A stretch of 64,000 nt of DNA, from the NCBI GenBank assembly GCA_043810925.1, contig JBDRNT010000171.1:1-64000 (forward strand). The letters are read 5' to 3'. Both the position numbers and the translations under genes were made by a program. This DNA comes from Candidatus Eiseniibacteriota bacterium (GTDB lineage: Bacteria; Arandabacterota; Arandabacteria; Arandabacterales; Arandabacteraceae). Positions 1 to 8,252 of this stretch are shown piece after piece; positions within the stretch are counted from its first letter, which is position 1; each line of letters starts with the position of its first letter. A model generated the notes under the pieces. The model searched no databases. It saw nothing but the letters and a program-made list of their open reading frames with translations, and was not told the origin of the DNA.

Positions 1-145
1 CGTTCGAGACCTTATGATCAAGATCAATCGCTATCTGGAACTCTACAACCACAACACCAAACCATTTGTCTGGACCAAATCGGCTGACGAAATCTTCGAG
101 ACCATCTATGCTATGTGTCAAGATACTTCTGAGTCACAACAATAG
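1..145 (+). mobile_element. IS630-family transposase, 3' end (partial) and right end of the element
   Basis: Frame from nt 2 reads VRDLMIKINRYLELYNHNTKPFVWTKSADEIFETIYAMCQDTSESQQ*. The 'KPFxWTKSADEI' C-terminus is typical of IS630 transposases. The stop TAG (143-145) contains the TA expected at the IS630 target site. Not in the ORF track. Confidence 0.85.
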
Positions 146-305
146 TAGGTTCACTCGCGTTACAACCTGCCGGTTCGCGTCGCCACCTTAAAGAGGCTTT
201 GTCGGGCCGCTTAGATGGAAAGCGTTACCGCCTCCCACCCGGCCCCACGCTACGGGGCTGACAGGCATTTACCCTGGCGGGCACCTCTCAGCCGACTAGT
301 AGAAC

Positions 306-323
306 GTGCCCTTACCTGGGCAC
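306..323 (-). terminator. Possible terminator hairpin after the M28 peptidase gene
   Basis: GTGCCC-6nt-GGGCAC immediately after the stop codon; weak U tract. Confidence 0.3.
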
Positions 324-2888
324 TCACTTCAACAGAACGATCTTGGTTGCCCGCTTCTCCCCTGCAGACTTAATGTAGTAAATGCCGGGGCCGACGGGGC
401 TACCGGAATCGTCCTCACCCTGCCAGACCGCTCTGACCTTGCCATCGGCGAGAGAGGGTTCGAGTTTGCTTACGAGCCTGCCGGTCACATCGTATATTTC
501 GAGCAATCCGATCCGCTTGCCCCGCGCTGACATTTCGATCGATATCTCACCACGACCGGGGTTGGGGCGCACCCTGAACCAGGCGGGTTCAAATACATGT
601 GCGATGGAGCTTGTAACCGTATCTATCACCGCCAGCTCCACGAGGGTGGCGACGCCGCCCTTTACAACGTCCGTATAGAAATCGAAATCGAGGGTCGAAA
701 CGCGATCGGTCGTCCGGTGATACTGGGGATTGGTAAGCGGCGAATCCTCTATGCCGCAGAACGACGGATAGCCGTAATCCCAGAATGATGAATTATCGCT
801 TCCCACATACGTCCTCAGCCCCTTGTTGACGCCAAGGCCCGGTACATAGAGGGCTGCCGCGTTTTCATATGCATTGGCCAGCCAGCCTGAAATCGAGTTG
901 TAGAGTATCTCAATGTCCTCGGGGTGGCTGTCCTCATACGCTATCATGTCGAAGTTCAGAGCAGCGATGATCGAATCACCTTCTTCATAGGCCTGCCTGG
1001 CATACTGGCCGCTTCCGATCAGCCCCTGCTCTTCCCTCGAGAAGGTGACGAATTTCAAGGTCGCCTCGAAATCATAGTCCTTAAGCACCCTCGCCGCCTC
1101 GATTGTTGCGATCGTACCTGTGGCGTTGTCATCCGCACCCGGCGCGTATGAGCTCGGCATCTGCGAGATACAGTCGTGGTGACCGCAAATGATGTAGATC
1201 TCATCAGCCCGTATAGTTCCCGGCAATGTCGCAACCACGTTGACATCGCCCGACTCCACCGCATCGTGTCTGGTCACCCAATCGGGCCCACCGTTGATGG
1301 TCTGGAAGACCACACCGTTCCCGACAACCCAGCCTTCGGCGGAGCTCACGAAAAACACGTCGTTGAGATCCGACGCTACTCCAAGACTCACCTCGCTCCA
1401 TGATGATCCACCATCGATGGATTTGATGATCGTACCTGCCAGACCGCACGCCCAGCCCACAGTCGGGTTCAAGAAGAAGACCGAGTTCAGGTTGTCCGAC
1501 ACCGGTGTTGACATCTCCTGCCAGGTCTCACCGTCCTGGGTCCTGAGAATCCTGCCCGAGTCTCCGGCGATCCAGCCTTTCAAGGCATCAACGAACATCA
1601 CTTCATATAGATTGACACTGACGGGACTCGAGAAGATGCTCCAGCTCGATCCACCGTTTTCGGTCTTGATGATCCGTCCATTCTCTCCAACAGCCCAGCC
1701 CACGGTCGGGCTGGCAAAGCAAATGTGATTGAGATCGTAACTTGTAGGTGACGAGATGCTGGACCAGGTATCACCCCCGTTGACCGACCTTAGGATTGTG
1801 CCGTTGTAGCCGCAGCAGAAGACCGTTATCGAATCGATGAATGCAACACTCTGGAGGTCATATGATGTCGGCGAGCTGACAGTCTGCCAGGTCCGCCCGT
1901 CATCGGTCACTTTGATAATGCCGTTGTTGCCGGCTATACACCCGTGCGAGCGGCTCCACATGGCGATGTCGTTAAGCCCTCCCTCATCGTCGTAGCTGTC
2001 TTCGACCCAGAGATCACCACCATCGTCGGTGTGTATGACTGTCGTCCGTTTGCCGACGGCCCAGCCTTCCTGGTCATCGAAGGGAAAGATGATCGACTTC
2101 ATGTTGGTACGGAAGTTGAAGTAGTCATACTCGGCCTCAAGACCCATCCCCTGAAACTGTTCTTTGATAAACTGCGCGGCACGCCTGCACATCATTTCGG
2201 GGGAGTACCTTGTATTGATGGTGTAGGTATCGCCACCGATCGTGACGGAGTTCTCTCCCGTGATGTCGTTCATAAGCGAGTAGAGGTTACTCGATGACAC
2301 CTGATCGACGATCCCCTGGATCAGGGGGTTGTATGAAAGCGGAGCCTGAGCCTGCTTTTCACTGCCGGCCACCCTCACCTCAAACGGCAGACCCGGCTCG
2401 GATGGCAGTGGAAGCCGTTTCTTGGACTGAAGAAGGTGAATATCAAGGACCGCGCGCGGTTCGGCCGCCACGAGATAATATGAATCCCCTTCACTCAGGA
2501 TCTCGGAATATCTCTCGAGTGAGGACCGCGCCACCCCGTTTTTCCCGATCAGGTAAATCTCATAATGAGAAACATCCTCACAGAGCAGGGCATAGCTGAG
2601 GCCGGCTGCCTGGAGCATACCGGGTCCCCCGGGTCCCAGGTAAAGGAACGCGTCTTCTTCGACCCGGCCTGCAAGTCTCAAGTGACCGCCCTCCTCGGCA
2701 GCACGGAATATGGAGATATTCCGCTCAATATCCTCCGATGGCAGATTCACCAGCATCACCTGGGTATCCGCTCCGCTGCGCGGGAGCTGCGTGGGTCCCT
2801 CAGAGATCTGCCCCGCACGGGGTGTCGAGACCGCCAATAACATGACGGCGGTTGTAAGTGCAACAGTTGCAAGGCTAAAACGCGGCAT
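324..2888 (-). CDS. Secreted M28-family Zn aminopeptidase with inserted YCF48/BNR beta-propeller and FlgD/T9SS-like C-terminal domain
   Basis: Signal peptide MPRFSLATVALTTAVMLLAVSTPRA after a GGAGGAG RBS (start 2888 rather than 2903). M28 motifs GHHD, GADDNATG, REEQGLIGS, NFDMI, SDN, YHRTTD. Repeated 'T.DGG..W' Asp-boxes. C-terminal PNP...IYDVTGRLV...W.G.DD.G..V.PGIY...KIVLLK. Confidence 0.9.
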   Translation of the reverse strand: MPRFSLATVALTTAVMLLAVSTPRAGQISEGPTQLPRSGADTQVMLVNLPSEDIERNISIFRAAEEGGHLRLAGRVEEDAFLYLGPGGPGMLQAAGLSYALLCEDVSHYEIYLIGKNGVARSSLERYSEILSEGDSYYLVAAEPRAVLDIHLLQSKKRLPLPSEPGLPFEVRVAGSEKQAQAPLSYNPLIQGIVDQVSSSNLYSLMNDITGENSVTIGGDTYTINTRYSPEMMCRRAAQFIKEQFQGMGLEAEYDYFNFRTNMKSIIFPFDDQEGWAVGKRTTVIHTDDGGDLWVEDSYDDEGGLNDIAMWSRSHGCIAGNNGIIKVTDDGRTWQTVSSPTSYDLQSVAFIDSITVFCCGYNGTILRSVNGGDTWSSISSPTSYDLNHICFASPTVGWAVGENGRIIKTENGGSSWSIFSSPVSVNLYEVMFVDALKGWIAGDSGRILRTQDGETWQEMSTPVSDNLNSVFFLNPTVGWACGLAGTIIKSIDGGSSWSEVSLGVASDLNDVFFVSSAEGWVVGNGVVFQTINGGPDWVTRHDAVESGDVNVVATLPGTIRADEIYIICGHHDCISQMPSSYAPGADDNATGTIATIEAARVLKDYDFEATLKFVTFSREEQGLIGSGQYARQAYEEGDSIIAALNFDMIAYEDSHPEDIEILYNSISGWLANAYENAAALYVPGLGVNKGLRTYVGSDNSSFWDYGYPSFCGIEDSPLTNPQYHRTTDRVSTLDFDFYTDVVKGGVATLVELAVIDTVTSSIAHVFEPAWFRVRPNPGRGEISIEMSARGKRIGLLEIYDVTGRLVSKLEPSLADGKVRAVWQGEDDSGSPVGPGIYYIKSAGEKRATKIVLLK

Positions 2889-2920
2889 AATAGTCTCCTC
2901 CATTATTGCATAGTTATTTG

Positions 2921-2949
2921 ATTATACCATATTTCCGTCCTCATGTCAA
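2921..2949 (-). promoter_or_regulatory. Consensus sigma70 promoter of the peptidase gene
   Basis: Minus strand TTGACA-17nt-TATAAT with an extended -10 TG (TGGTATAAT), 32 nt upstream of the start codon. Confidence 0.85.
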
Positions 2950-3007
2950 AATCTGCGCAGTCTCTTCTACAGACTTGCTACGTTACAAAACTGATTCACA
3001 ATTTGAG

Positions 3008-3035
3008 CTAAAGCTTCCCCCCCTGCTGCCGAAGC
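3008..3035 (+). promoter_or_regulatory. Sigma28 (FliA/SigD)-like promoter
   Basis: CTAAA-15nt-GCCGAAGC versus consensus TAAA-N15-GCCGATAA, upstream of the HTH gene. Confidence 0.45.
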
Positions 3036-3099
3036 AACTGTAGTGATATCTTGCATAATGCGTGAAGCCTTGCGAAAACCACTCTGAGGAGGTGGCTCG

Positions 3100-3297
3100 A
3101 TGGACGTGATATTCGACATCGGAGGTGCTGCGGAGTACCTCCATATCAAGAAGTGGACCCTCTACCGGCTAGCCAAAAAAGGCAAGGTACCTGGTATCAA
3201 AGTTGGAGGACAGTGGAGATTCAAGAAGGACGTTCTTGATAGCATGTTCTATGGCGAGGGCCAGAGAAAAAAGAAGAGACTGCAACCGGCAGATTAG
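3100..3297 (+). CDS. Small excisionase-type (HTH_17) DNA-binding protein
   Basis: AAEYLHIKKWTLYRLAKKGKVPGIKVGGQWRF motif; RBS GAGGAGG. Confidence 0.85.
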   Translation: MDVIFDIGGAAEYLHIKKWTLYRLAKKGKVPGIKVGGQWRFKKDVLDSMFYGEGQRKKKRLQPAD

Positions 3298-3326
3298 GGC
3301 TTCGATGAGATAGATTGACGGTCCAA

Positions 3327-3410
3327 TGCGGGTTGTGAGCGGGTAGTCAGAGCTTCCACGTAGACTGAGAGCCAGGCGCGGGGCTTAGACAACCTAACTC
3401 ACAACCCGCA
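3327..3410 (+). other. Long imperfect hairpin (structured non-coding element)
   Basis: Perfect 13-bp IR TGCGGGTTGTGAG (3327-3339)/CTCACAACCCGCA (3398-3410), extended inward by about 15 bp that include G-U pairs. Confidence 0.6.
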
Positions 3411-3420
3411 GTTTTTGTAG

Positions 3421-3617
3421 ATGGGGTCAGGCTTTGAATTCTGGATAATTTCGGGGATGGTAATTTGGGGACACCATACTTGATTATTTGCGAGGCCGTC
3501 ATCACGGAAGTGATTGCACTGCGATCCAATCAGCGCGGCGATATCGACTAGAGGTCTCCCCAGAATAACTAAGTACGGTGTCCCCGAAATTATCCAGAAT
3601 TCAAAGCCTGACCCCAT
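3421..3617. repeat. REP/MITE-like palindromic element, GGGG(T/A)CA family, copy 1
   Basis: Perfect 37-bp IR ATGGGGTCAGGCTTTGAATTCTGGATAATTTCGGGGA (3421-3457 / 3581-3617), plus an inner imperfect IR GGGGACACCATACTTGATTATT / AATAACTAAGTACGGTGTCCCC. Confidence 0.85.
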
Positions 3618-3619
3618 TT

Positions 3620-3648
3620 CTAAAGCGTGGGGGTGGGCGTGCCGATGG
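3620..3648 (+). promoter_or_regulatory. Sigma28-like promoter upstream of the HEAT/HD-GYP genes
   Basis: CTAAA-16nt-GCCGATGG. Confidence 0.5.
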
Positions 3649-3717
3649 TTCCGTAGGTTAGTGGTGTAAACACATGGCCCGCAGGATCGACCTGATGGGC
3701 GAACTGGTTGTCACTTT

Positions 3718-5385
3718 ATGGAAATTGTGAAGCAAACCGTTTCGACAGTGGAGAATCAAGTCAAAGAAGTCGCCGCGCTTCTCTCCAAAGCCACGAAAAA
3801 CTACCAGATGTACCTGCCCAACAACCGTATGTTCATCTCGTCACGCGACGCTGTGAAGAAGGCGCTCGACTGTTTTCTTGAGGAAAACGGTATCCTGACA
3901 TTCGTGGTGAAGGAATTCGAGCTGATCCACGAGGATGTCCCCGTCTATGTCAACATGGACAAACACCAGAGCATCGCTTTCAGGATGTACCGGGATGGTG
4001 TCCGGCTTCTCTCATTCCACAAAGGCCTAACCGACGATGAGCTGCTTGCGTTTTTCGAAGCCCTGACCAGGTGCATTGAGACCGATAACAGTGAAGAGGA
4101 CTTCGTTACGCTCCTCTGGGCCCGCGATCTGCAAGCAATAACGTACTATGAGGTCAACGAATTCGAAGCCGACTGCGAAGGCCTCGAGAAGAGCAGCAAG
4201 AACACCCTGGCCAACGCAGTCCCGCTGAAGCCCGACTTCAAACAGGACCGCCCGGGCAGGATATCCGAAGATGTGGAAAAACTCAAACCGGCCCTCAGTC
4301 TTAGCGCCAGAGATGTCGAGGAAGTGCGGGGCCTTGCGATAGCCGTTGACGACGACCTCTTTCTGAGACGCGCGTGGCACGTTCTCGCCTACACGCTGGA
4401 GGCCGAAGAGGCGAAGGACGGTTACCCCGACTTTGAGAACGGACTGATCGGTTTCCTTGATACCTGCGTTGCAAAGCGTCAGTTGGGTATGGCCGCAGAC
4501 GCCCTGGCAAGCATCAGACTGCAATTCGATCAATGTGAAACCGAAGAGGTCGCGCAAACACTGACAAGAATAGTTGCATCGAGATATACCGAGAGAAACA
4601 TGGAGGTCATCGGAGAGACTCTTTCGGCGGGCAGAGAGGTCGAACAGGTGCAATGTCTGGCCTACCTGTCCCGACTGAGCGATGATGCTATTCCCTCAAT
4701 TCTCGGTCTTCTCCCAAGCTGCACGCGGCAATCGGCGAAGCAGACCGTGATTGCCGCACTGGCCTCACTCGGCGGCGGGTGCCCGGCGGAGATAGTAAGG
4801 GGCGTCGACGAGGCCCGGTCGGATGATGTCGAAGTCGTGCTTGACGTACTGGACATGATCGGCACGGAGGCGGCCCTGGAGAGCGCCATGCAACTCAGAC
4901 ACCACCCGGCACCGCGAATAAGGGCCAGAGTGGCGTCCCTTGCCGGATCGCTTAAGACCGACTCGTCACTGAGGATCGTGAATGACCTGCTAAATGACGA
5001 GGATCAGTCGGTCAGGCGGCGTGCCGTGGTTTCACTGGTCAAGATCGGTGGTGAGCGATGTGCTGAGACCCTCACGGAACTCTACACGTCAAAGGAATTC
5101 GGGCTCCTCCCTCACAATGCCAAGCGAAGTATGCTGCTTGTAACCAGAAACCTGCCACCGTCCGGCCAGAAACAGATAATCCAGGCCGTTTTCGGGATGA
5201 GGAATCTGCTTAAGAAGAAACCTGTTGAAGATACCAAGGTAGCGCTTGGTGAGATCATTCACCTGATGAACAGGAACGTCGCAGCCGAGATCCTCAAGAA
5301 GGTGGTCTCGAAGTCATCGGGATCCGTCCGCAAGACCCTTGAATCTGCATTGGAGAGGTTAGACCTTGCCGGTAGAATACACTGA
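3718..5385 (+). CDS. HEAT-repeat protein (HD-GYP-associated)
   Basis: C-terminal HEAT-like repeats (LLNDEDQSVRRRAVVSLVKIGG); N-terminal 'YLPNNRMF...MYRDGVRLLSFHKGL' domain; overlaps the HD-GYP gene. Confidence 0.75.
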   Translation: MEIVKQTVSTVENQVKEVAALLSKATKNYQMYLPNNRMFISSRDAVKKALDCFLEENGILTFVVKEFELIHEDVPVYVNMDKHQSIAFRMYRDGVRLLSFHKGLTDDELLAFFEALTRCIETDNSEEDFVTLLWARDLQAITYYEVNEFEADCEGLEKSSKNTLANAVPLKPDFKQDRPGRISEDVEKLKPALSLSARDVEEVRGLAIAVDDDLFLRRAWHVLAYTLEAEEAKDGYPDFENGLIGFLDTCVAKRQLGMAADALASIRLQFDQCETEEVAQTLTRIVASRYTERNMEVIGETLSAGREVEQVQCLAYLSRLSDDAIPSILGLLPSCTRQSAKQTVIAALASLGGGCPAEIVRGVDEARSDDVEVVLDVLDMIGTEAALESAMQLRHHPAPRIRARVASLAGSLKTDSSLRIVNDLLNDEDQSVRRRAVVSLVKIGGERCAETLTELYTSKEFGLLPHNAKRSMLLVTRNLPPSGQKQIIQAVFGMRNLLKKKPVEDTKVALGEIIHLMNRNVAAEILKKVVSKSSGSVRKTLESALERLDLAGRIH

Positions 5386-6865
5386 AACAGCAGAGGCAAT
5401 AGCCAGAAGGACTGATTCCGACGCGGATCAGTTCCAGCCGCAGGCCGAACTCCATGCCGGGAGGACGCTGATCAGCCAGATGGCAGCGATCGAGAGGCTC
5501 CTTCACATCTACAAGCCCAACAACACAGCCATTATGCAGGCTGGAGACTCCGTTCTCGCCACGATCGCAGTCCTGCTCCAGGGTTCACCTTCGATCGAGA
5601 TGAGGTTCTGGCGGGATTGTATCTTCATCAACGGGGAGCGCATCCGGTGTGACGTCGCGAACTTCGCGGCCTACAAGCATCTTTTGAGCAAAGCCGGCAG
5701 GCTGGAAGTTGAGAAAATCATACTCGAAGACGGACTGTCACGAGATGATGTCGTCGACTTCTTCTTCCTGCTCAGCGCGCTGGAGAAAGAGGGTGCGACC
5801 GGCCCGACCGTCGCCGACAGGGTCGCATCGGAGGGACTCAATCGCATAGGTATAGTGCCGTCCACACAGTCGGCGAAGGATCTTCAGGATCTCGGGATTA
5901 GCGCACTCACTCACGAGGAGCGCGCGAAACGTGCCTTTTACGCGGCTCTCGGATCGACCAAAGAAGTCATGATGGCCCAGACTTCGCAGGGTGCAGTCAG
6001 CATAAGGAAGGCTCGAAGGGCCGTGCAGGCCGCAGCCGACTCCCTGCTTGAGGATGAGTCGTCGATCCTCGCGCTTGCCACGATAAAGGACCACGATGAG
6101 TACACCTTCACGCACAGCGTCAACGTGTGCATATTCTCGCTGGCGATCGGGCAGCGACTCGGACTTCACAGGAACTGGCTCGCACGGCTGGGGATGGCCG
6201 CGCTGTTTCACGATATCGGTAAGATATCCATACCTCCGGGTGTTTTGAACAAGATCGGGGTACTGGATGTCAATGAATGGAAGACCATAAGGCAGCACAC
6301 CCTGACGGGTGTCAGAGCTCTTTCCAGAATGCCTGCTTGTAACGAGCATATCCTGCACTCCATGATAGTCGCGTTTCAGCACCATCTGAACCTCGATATG
6401 TCGGGCTACCCCAAGGTCAAGGCCGACTCTTCCATGGATCTCTTCAGCAGGATTGTCAGAATCGCGGATACCTTCGACGCCATGACAACGGAGAGGCCGT
6501 ACCGGAACAAAGTCTACTCACCCCATGACGCAATCCGGTACCTGATCTCGCAGTCCGGATCGAAGTTCGACCCGGTGCTGGTCAAGGCTTTCGCGGGTGC
6601 GATGGGCATCTTCCCGGTCGGCACCGTTTTAAGGCTCAACACCGGAGAAACCGGGATCGTCATAAGACGAAGCGAACTCAGCGGGGATCCCGACCGGGCC
6701 CTGATAAGAGTCGTTGTCGACGGCGACGGAACCCAGCCCGCCGACGAGAAGTTCATCGACCTCGGAGAGGTCGAGGCGGACACAGGGGAGTTCATATACT
6801 CCGTCGTCGATGCCATGTCATGCAAGGACCTGGGTCTTGACCCTCGCAACTACCTGCTGACATAG
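5366..6865 (+). CDS. HD-GYP c-di-GMP phosphodiesterase
   Basis: YTFTHSVNV, FHDIGK, QHHLNLDMSGYP and ADTFDAMTTERPY motifs intact. Confidence 0.9.
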   Translation: MPVEYTETAEAIARRTDSDADQFQPQAELHAGRTLISQMAAIERLLHIYKPNNTAIMQAGDSVLATIAVLLQGSPSIEMRFWRDCIFINGERIRCDVANFAAYKHLLSKAGRLEVEKIILEDGLSRDDVVDFFFLLSALEKEGATGPTVADRVASEGLNRIGIVPSTQSAKDLQDLGISALTHEERAKRAFYAALGSTKEVMMAQTSQGAVSIRKARRAVQAAADSLLEDESSILALATIKDHDEYTFTHSVNVCIFSLAIGQRLGLHRNWLARLGMAALFHDIGKISIPPGVLNKIGVLDVNEWKTIRQHTLTGVRALSRMPACNEHILHSMIVAFQHHLNLDMSGYPKVKADSSMDLFSRIVRIADTFDAMTTERPYRNKVYSPHDAIRYLISQSGSKFDPVLVKAFAGAMGIFPVGTVLRLNTGETGIVIRRSELSGDPDRALIRVVVDGDGTQPADEKFIDLGEVEADTGEFIYSVVDAMSCKDLGLDPRNYLLT

Positions 6866-6907
6866 CCCGGGTTGTTCAAAACAAGTCTTGGCACCGCCCA
6901 ATTCCTC

Positions 6908-6935
6908 TTGACTGATGCGGTTTTTCGGATATGCT
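6908..6935 (+). promoter_or_regulatory. Putative sigma70 promoter
   Basis: TTGACT-16nt-TATGCT upstream of an AGGAGG RBS. Confidence 0.4.
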
Positions 6936-6983
6936 CTAATATGTAGGTTGTAGTATGACTTTCCCCAAGAGGAGGTTCACGAA

Positions 6984-8213
6984 TTGGATTGCGAAGACCA
7001 TATTGGACCCATAATGACCGAGGCGACGACAGAGTGGGACTCAAAGCTGTCGGAGCGGTCGCGATCGATGAAACCTTCATTTATAAGAGAGATTCTTAAG
7101 TTCACGCAGATGCCGGATGTGATCTCTTTCGCGGGGGGCCTTCCCGCCCCCGAGCTGTTCCCAATAAGAGAGTTTGAGGAGGCATGCGCACACGTCCTGA
7201 GAAACGACGGCCAGAGGGCACTTCAATATGGCCCCACCGAAGGCTTCCTGCCGCTCAAAGAAGCACTGGCCGAGAAGATGAACAAGTACGATATCGCATG
7301 CGAACCGCATAACATCCTGCTTACGAACGGGTCGCAGCAAGCCCTCGACCTTCTCGGAAGGGTCTTTATCGATCCGGGTGACGTAATCGTAACAGGCGCG
7401 CCAACCTACATAGGTGCGTTGCAGGCTTTCAAGGTTTACGGACCCCGCATCATAGGTGTGCCCGTAGATGACGAAGGTATGCGGGTCGATGTGCTTGAGG
7501 ACATCCTGAAGCAGGAGACACCCAAGTTCATATACGTCCTGCCCAACTTCCACAATCCGATGGGTGTCACGCTCACACTGGAGAGAAGGATTAAACTCAT
7601 CAAGTTGGCGGCCAAGCACGGCATTCCGATTATCGAGGACGACCCGTACGGCGAGTTGCGCTTCGAGGGAGAGGACATCGCCCCGATATACGCGCTGCAC
7701 AAGCAGAATGTGATCTACCTCAGTACTTTCTCGAAGATCCTTTCCCCAGGGATCAGGCTGGGCTGGGTGGTCGGTCCCGAGGGAGTGATCAGGAAGATCG
7801 TTCTGGCGAAGCAGGCCAATGACCTTCACACCGGCACCTTCGTACAGATGATCACGCATGACATAATGAAGCGCGGGATCCTCAAGGCCCACTCAAAGGA
7901 ACTCAAGAAGGTCTACGGTGAAAGAAGGCACATAATGACCTGTGCCATGGAGGAGTTCTTCCCGAAAGGCGCCAGCTGGACCAGACCCAAGGGTGGACTC
8001 TTCATGTGGGCCATAACCCCCGACCGCGTCAGCACGATGAAGCTGATCGACAAGGCGGTTGAGAAGAAGGTAGCCTTCGTGCCGGGATGCGTTTTCTATC
8101 CTGATGACAGCGGTGACAACACGATGCGTCTCAACTTCTCCAATGCCCAACCGGACAATATCCGGGAGGGAATCAAGAGACTCGGCATCGCGATCGCCGA
8201 GGCAATGGGTTGA
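6984..8213 (+). CDS. PLP-dependent class I/II aminotransferase (LysN/aromatic aminotransferase type)
   Basis: ISFAGGLPAPE, TNGSQQALD, PNFHNPMG, EDDPYGEL, STFSKILSPGIRLGW, MRLNFS; TTG start 7 nt after AGGAGGT. Confidence 0.9.
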   Translation: MDCEDHIGPIMTEATTEWDSKLSERSRSMKPSFIREILKFTQMPDVISFAGGLPAPELFPIREFEEACAHVLRNDGQRALQYGPTEGFLPLKEALAEKMNKYDIACEPHNILLTNGSQQALDLLGRVFIDPGDVIVTGAPTYIGALQAFKVYGPRIIGVPVDDEGMRVDVLEDILKQETPKFIYVLPNFHNPMGVTLTLERRIKLIKLAAKHGIPIIEDDPYGELRFEGEDIAPIYALHKQNVIYLSTFSKILSPGIRLGWVVGPEGVIRKIVLAKQANDLHTGTFVQMITHDIMKRGILKAHSKELKKVYGERRHIMTCAMEEFFPKGASWTRPKGGLFMWAITPDRVSTMKLIDKAVEKKVAFVPGCVFYPDDSGDNTMRLNFSNAQPDNIREGIKRLGIAIAEAMG

Positions 8214-8252
8214 TATCCGGTCTGACAACAGCTGGCCCCCAAGGAGGAGCAC

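Noticed and set aside
3100-3297. Excisionase as a marker of a prophage or ICE
   Set aside because: No integrase, phage or conjugation genes nearby; stand-alone HTH_17 proteins are common
3392-3398. ACCTAAC resembling an integron attC R'' box beside a hairpin
   Set aside because: It is at the wrong end of the hairpin, there is no matching GTTRRRY at a suitable distance, and there is no integrase or cassette array
3421-3617. Possible CRISPR array (also considered for 60504-60653)
   Set aside because: The repeats are inverted pairs rather than direct repeats with unique spacers, and there are no cas genes
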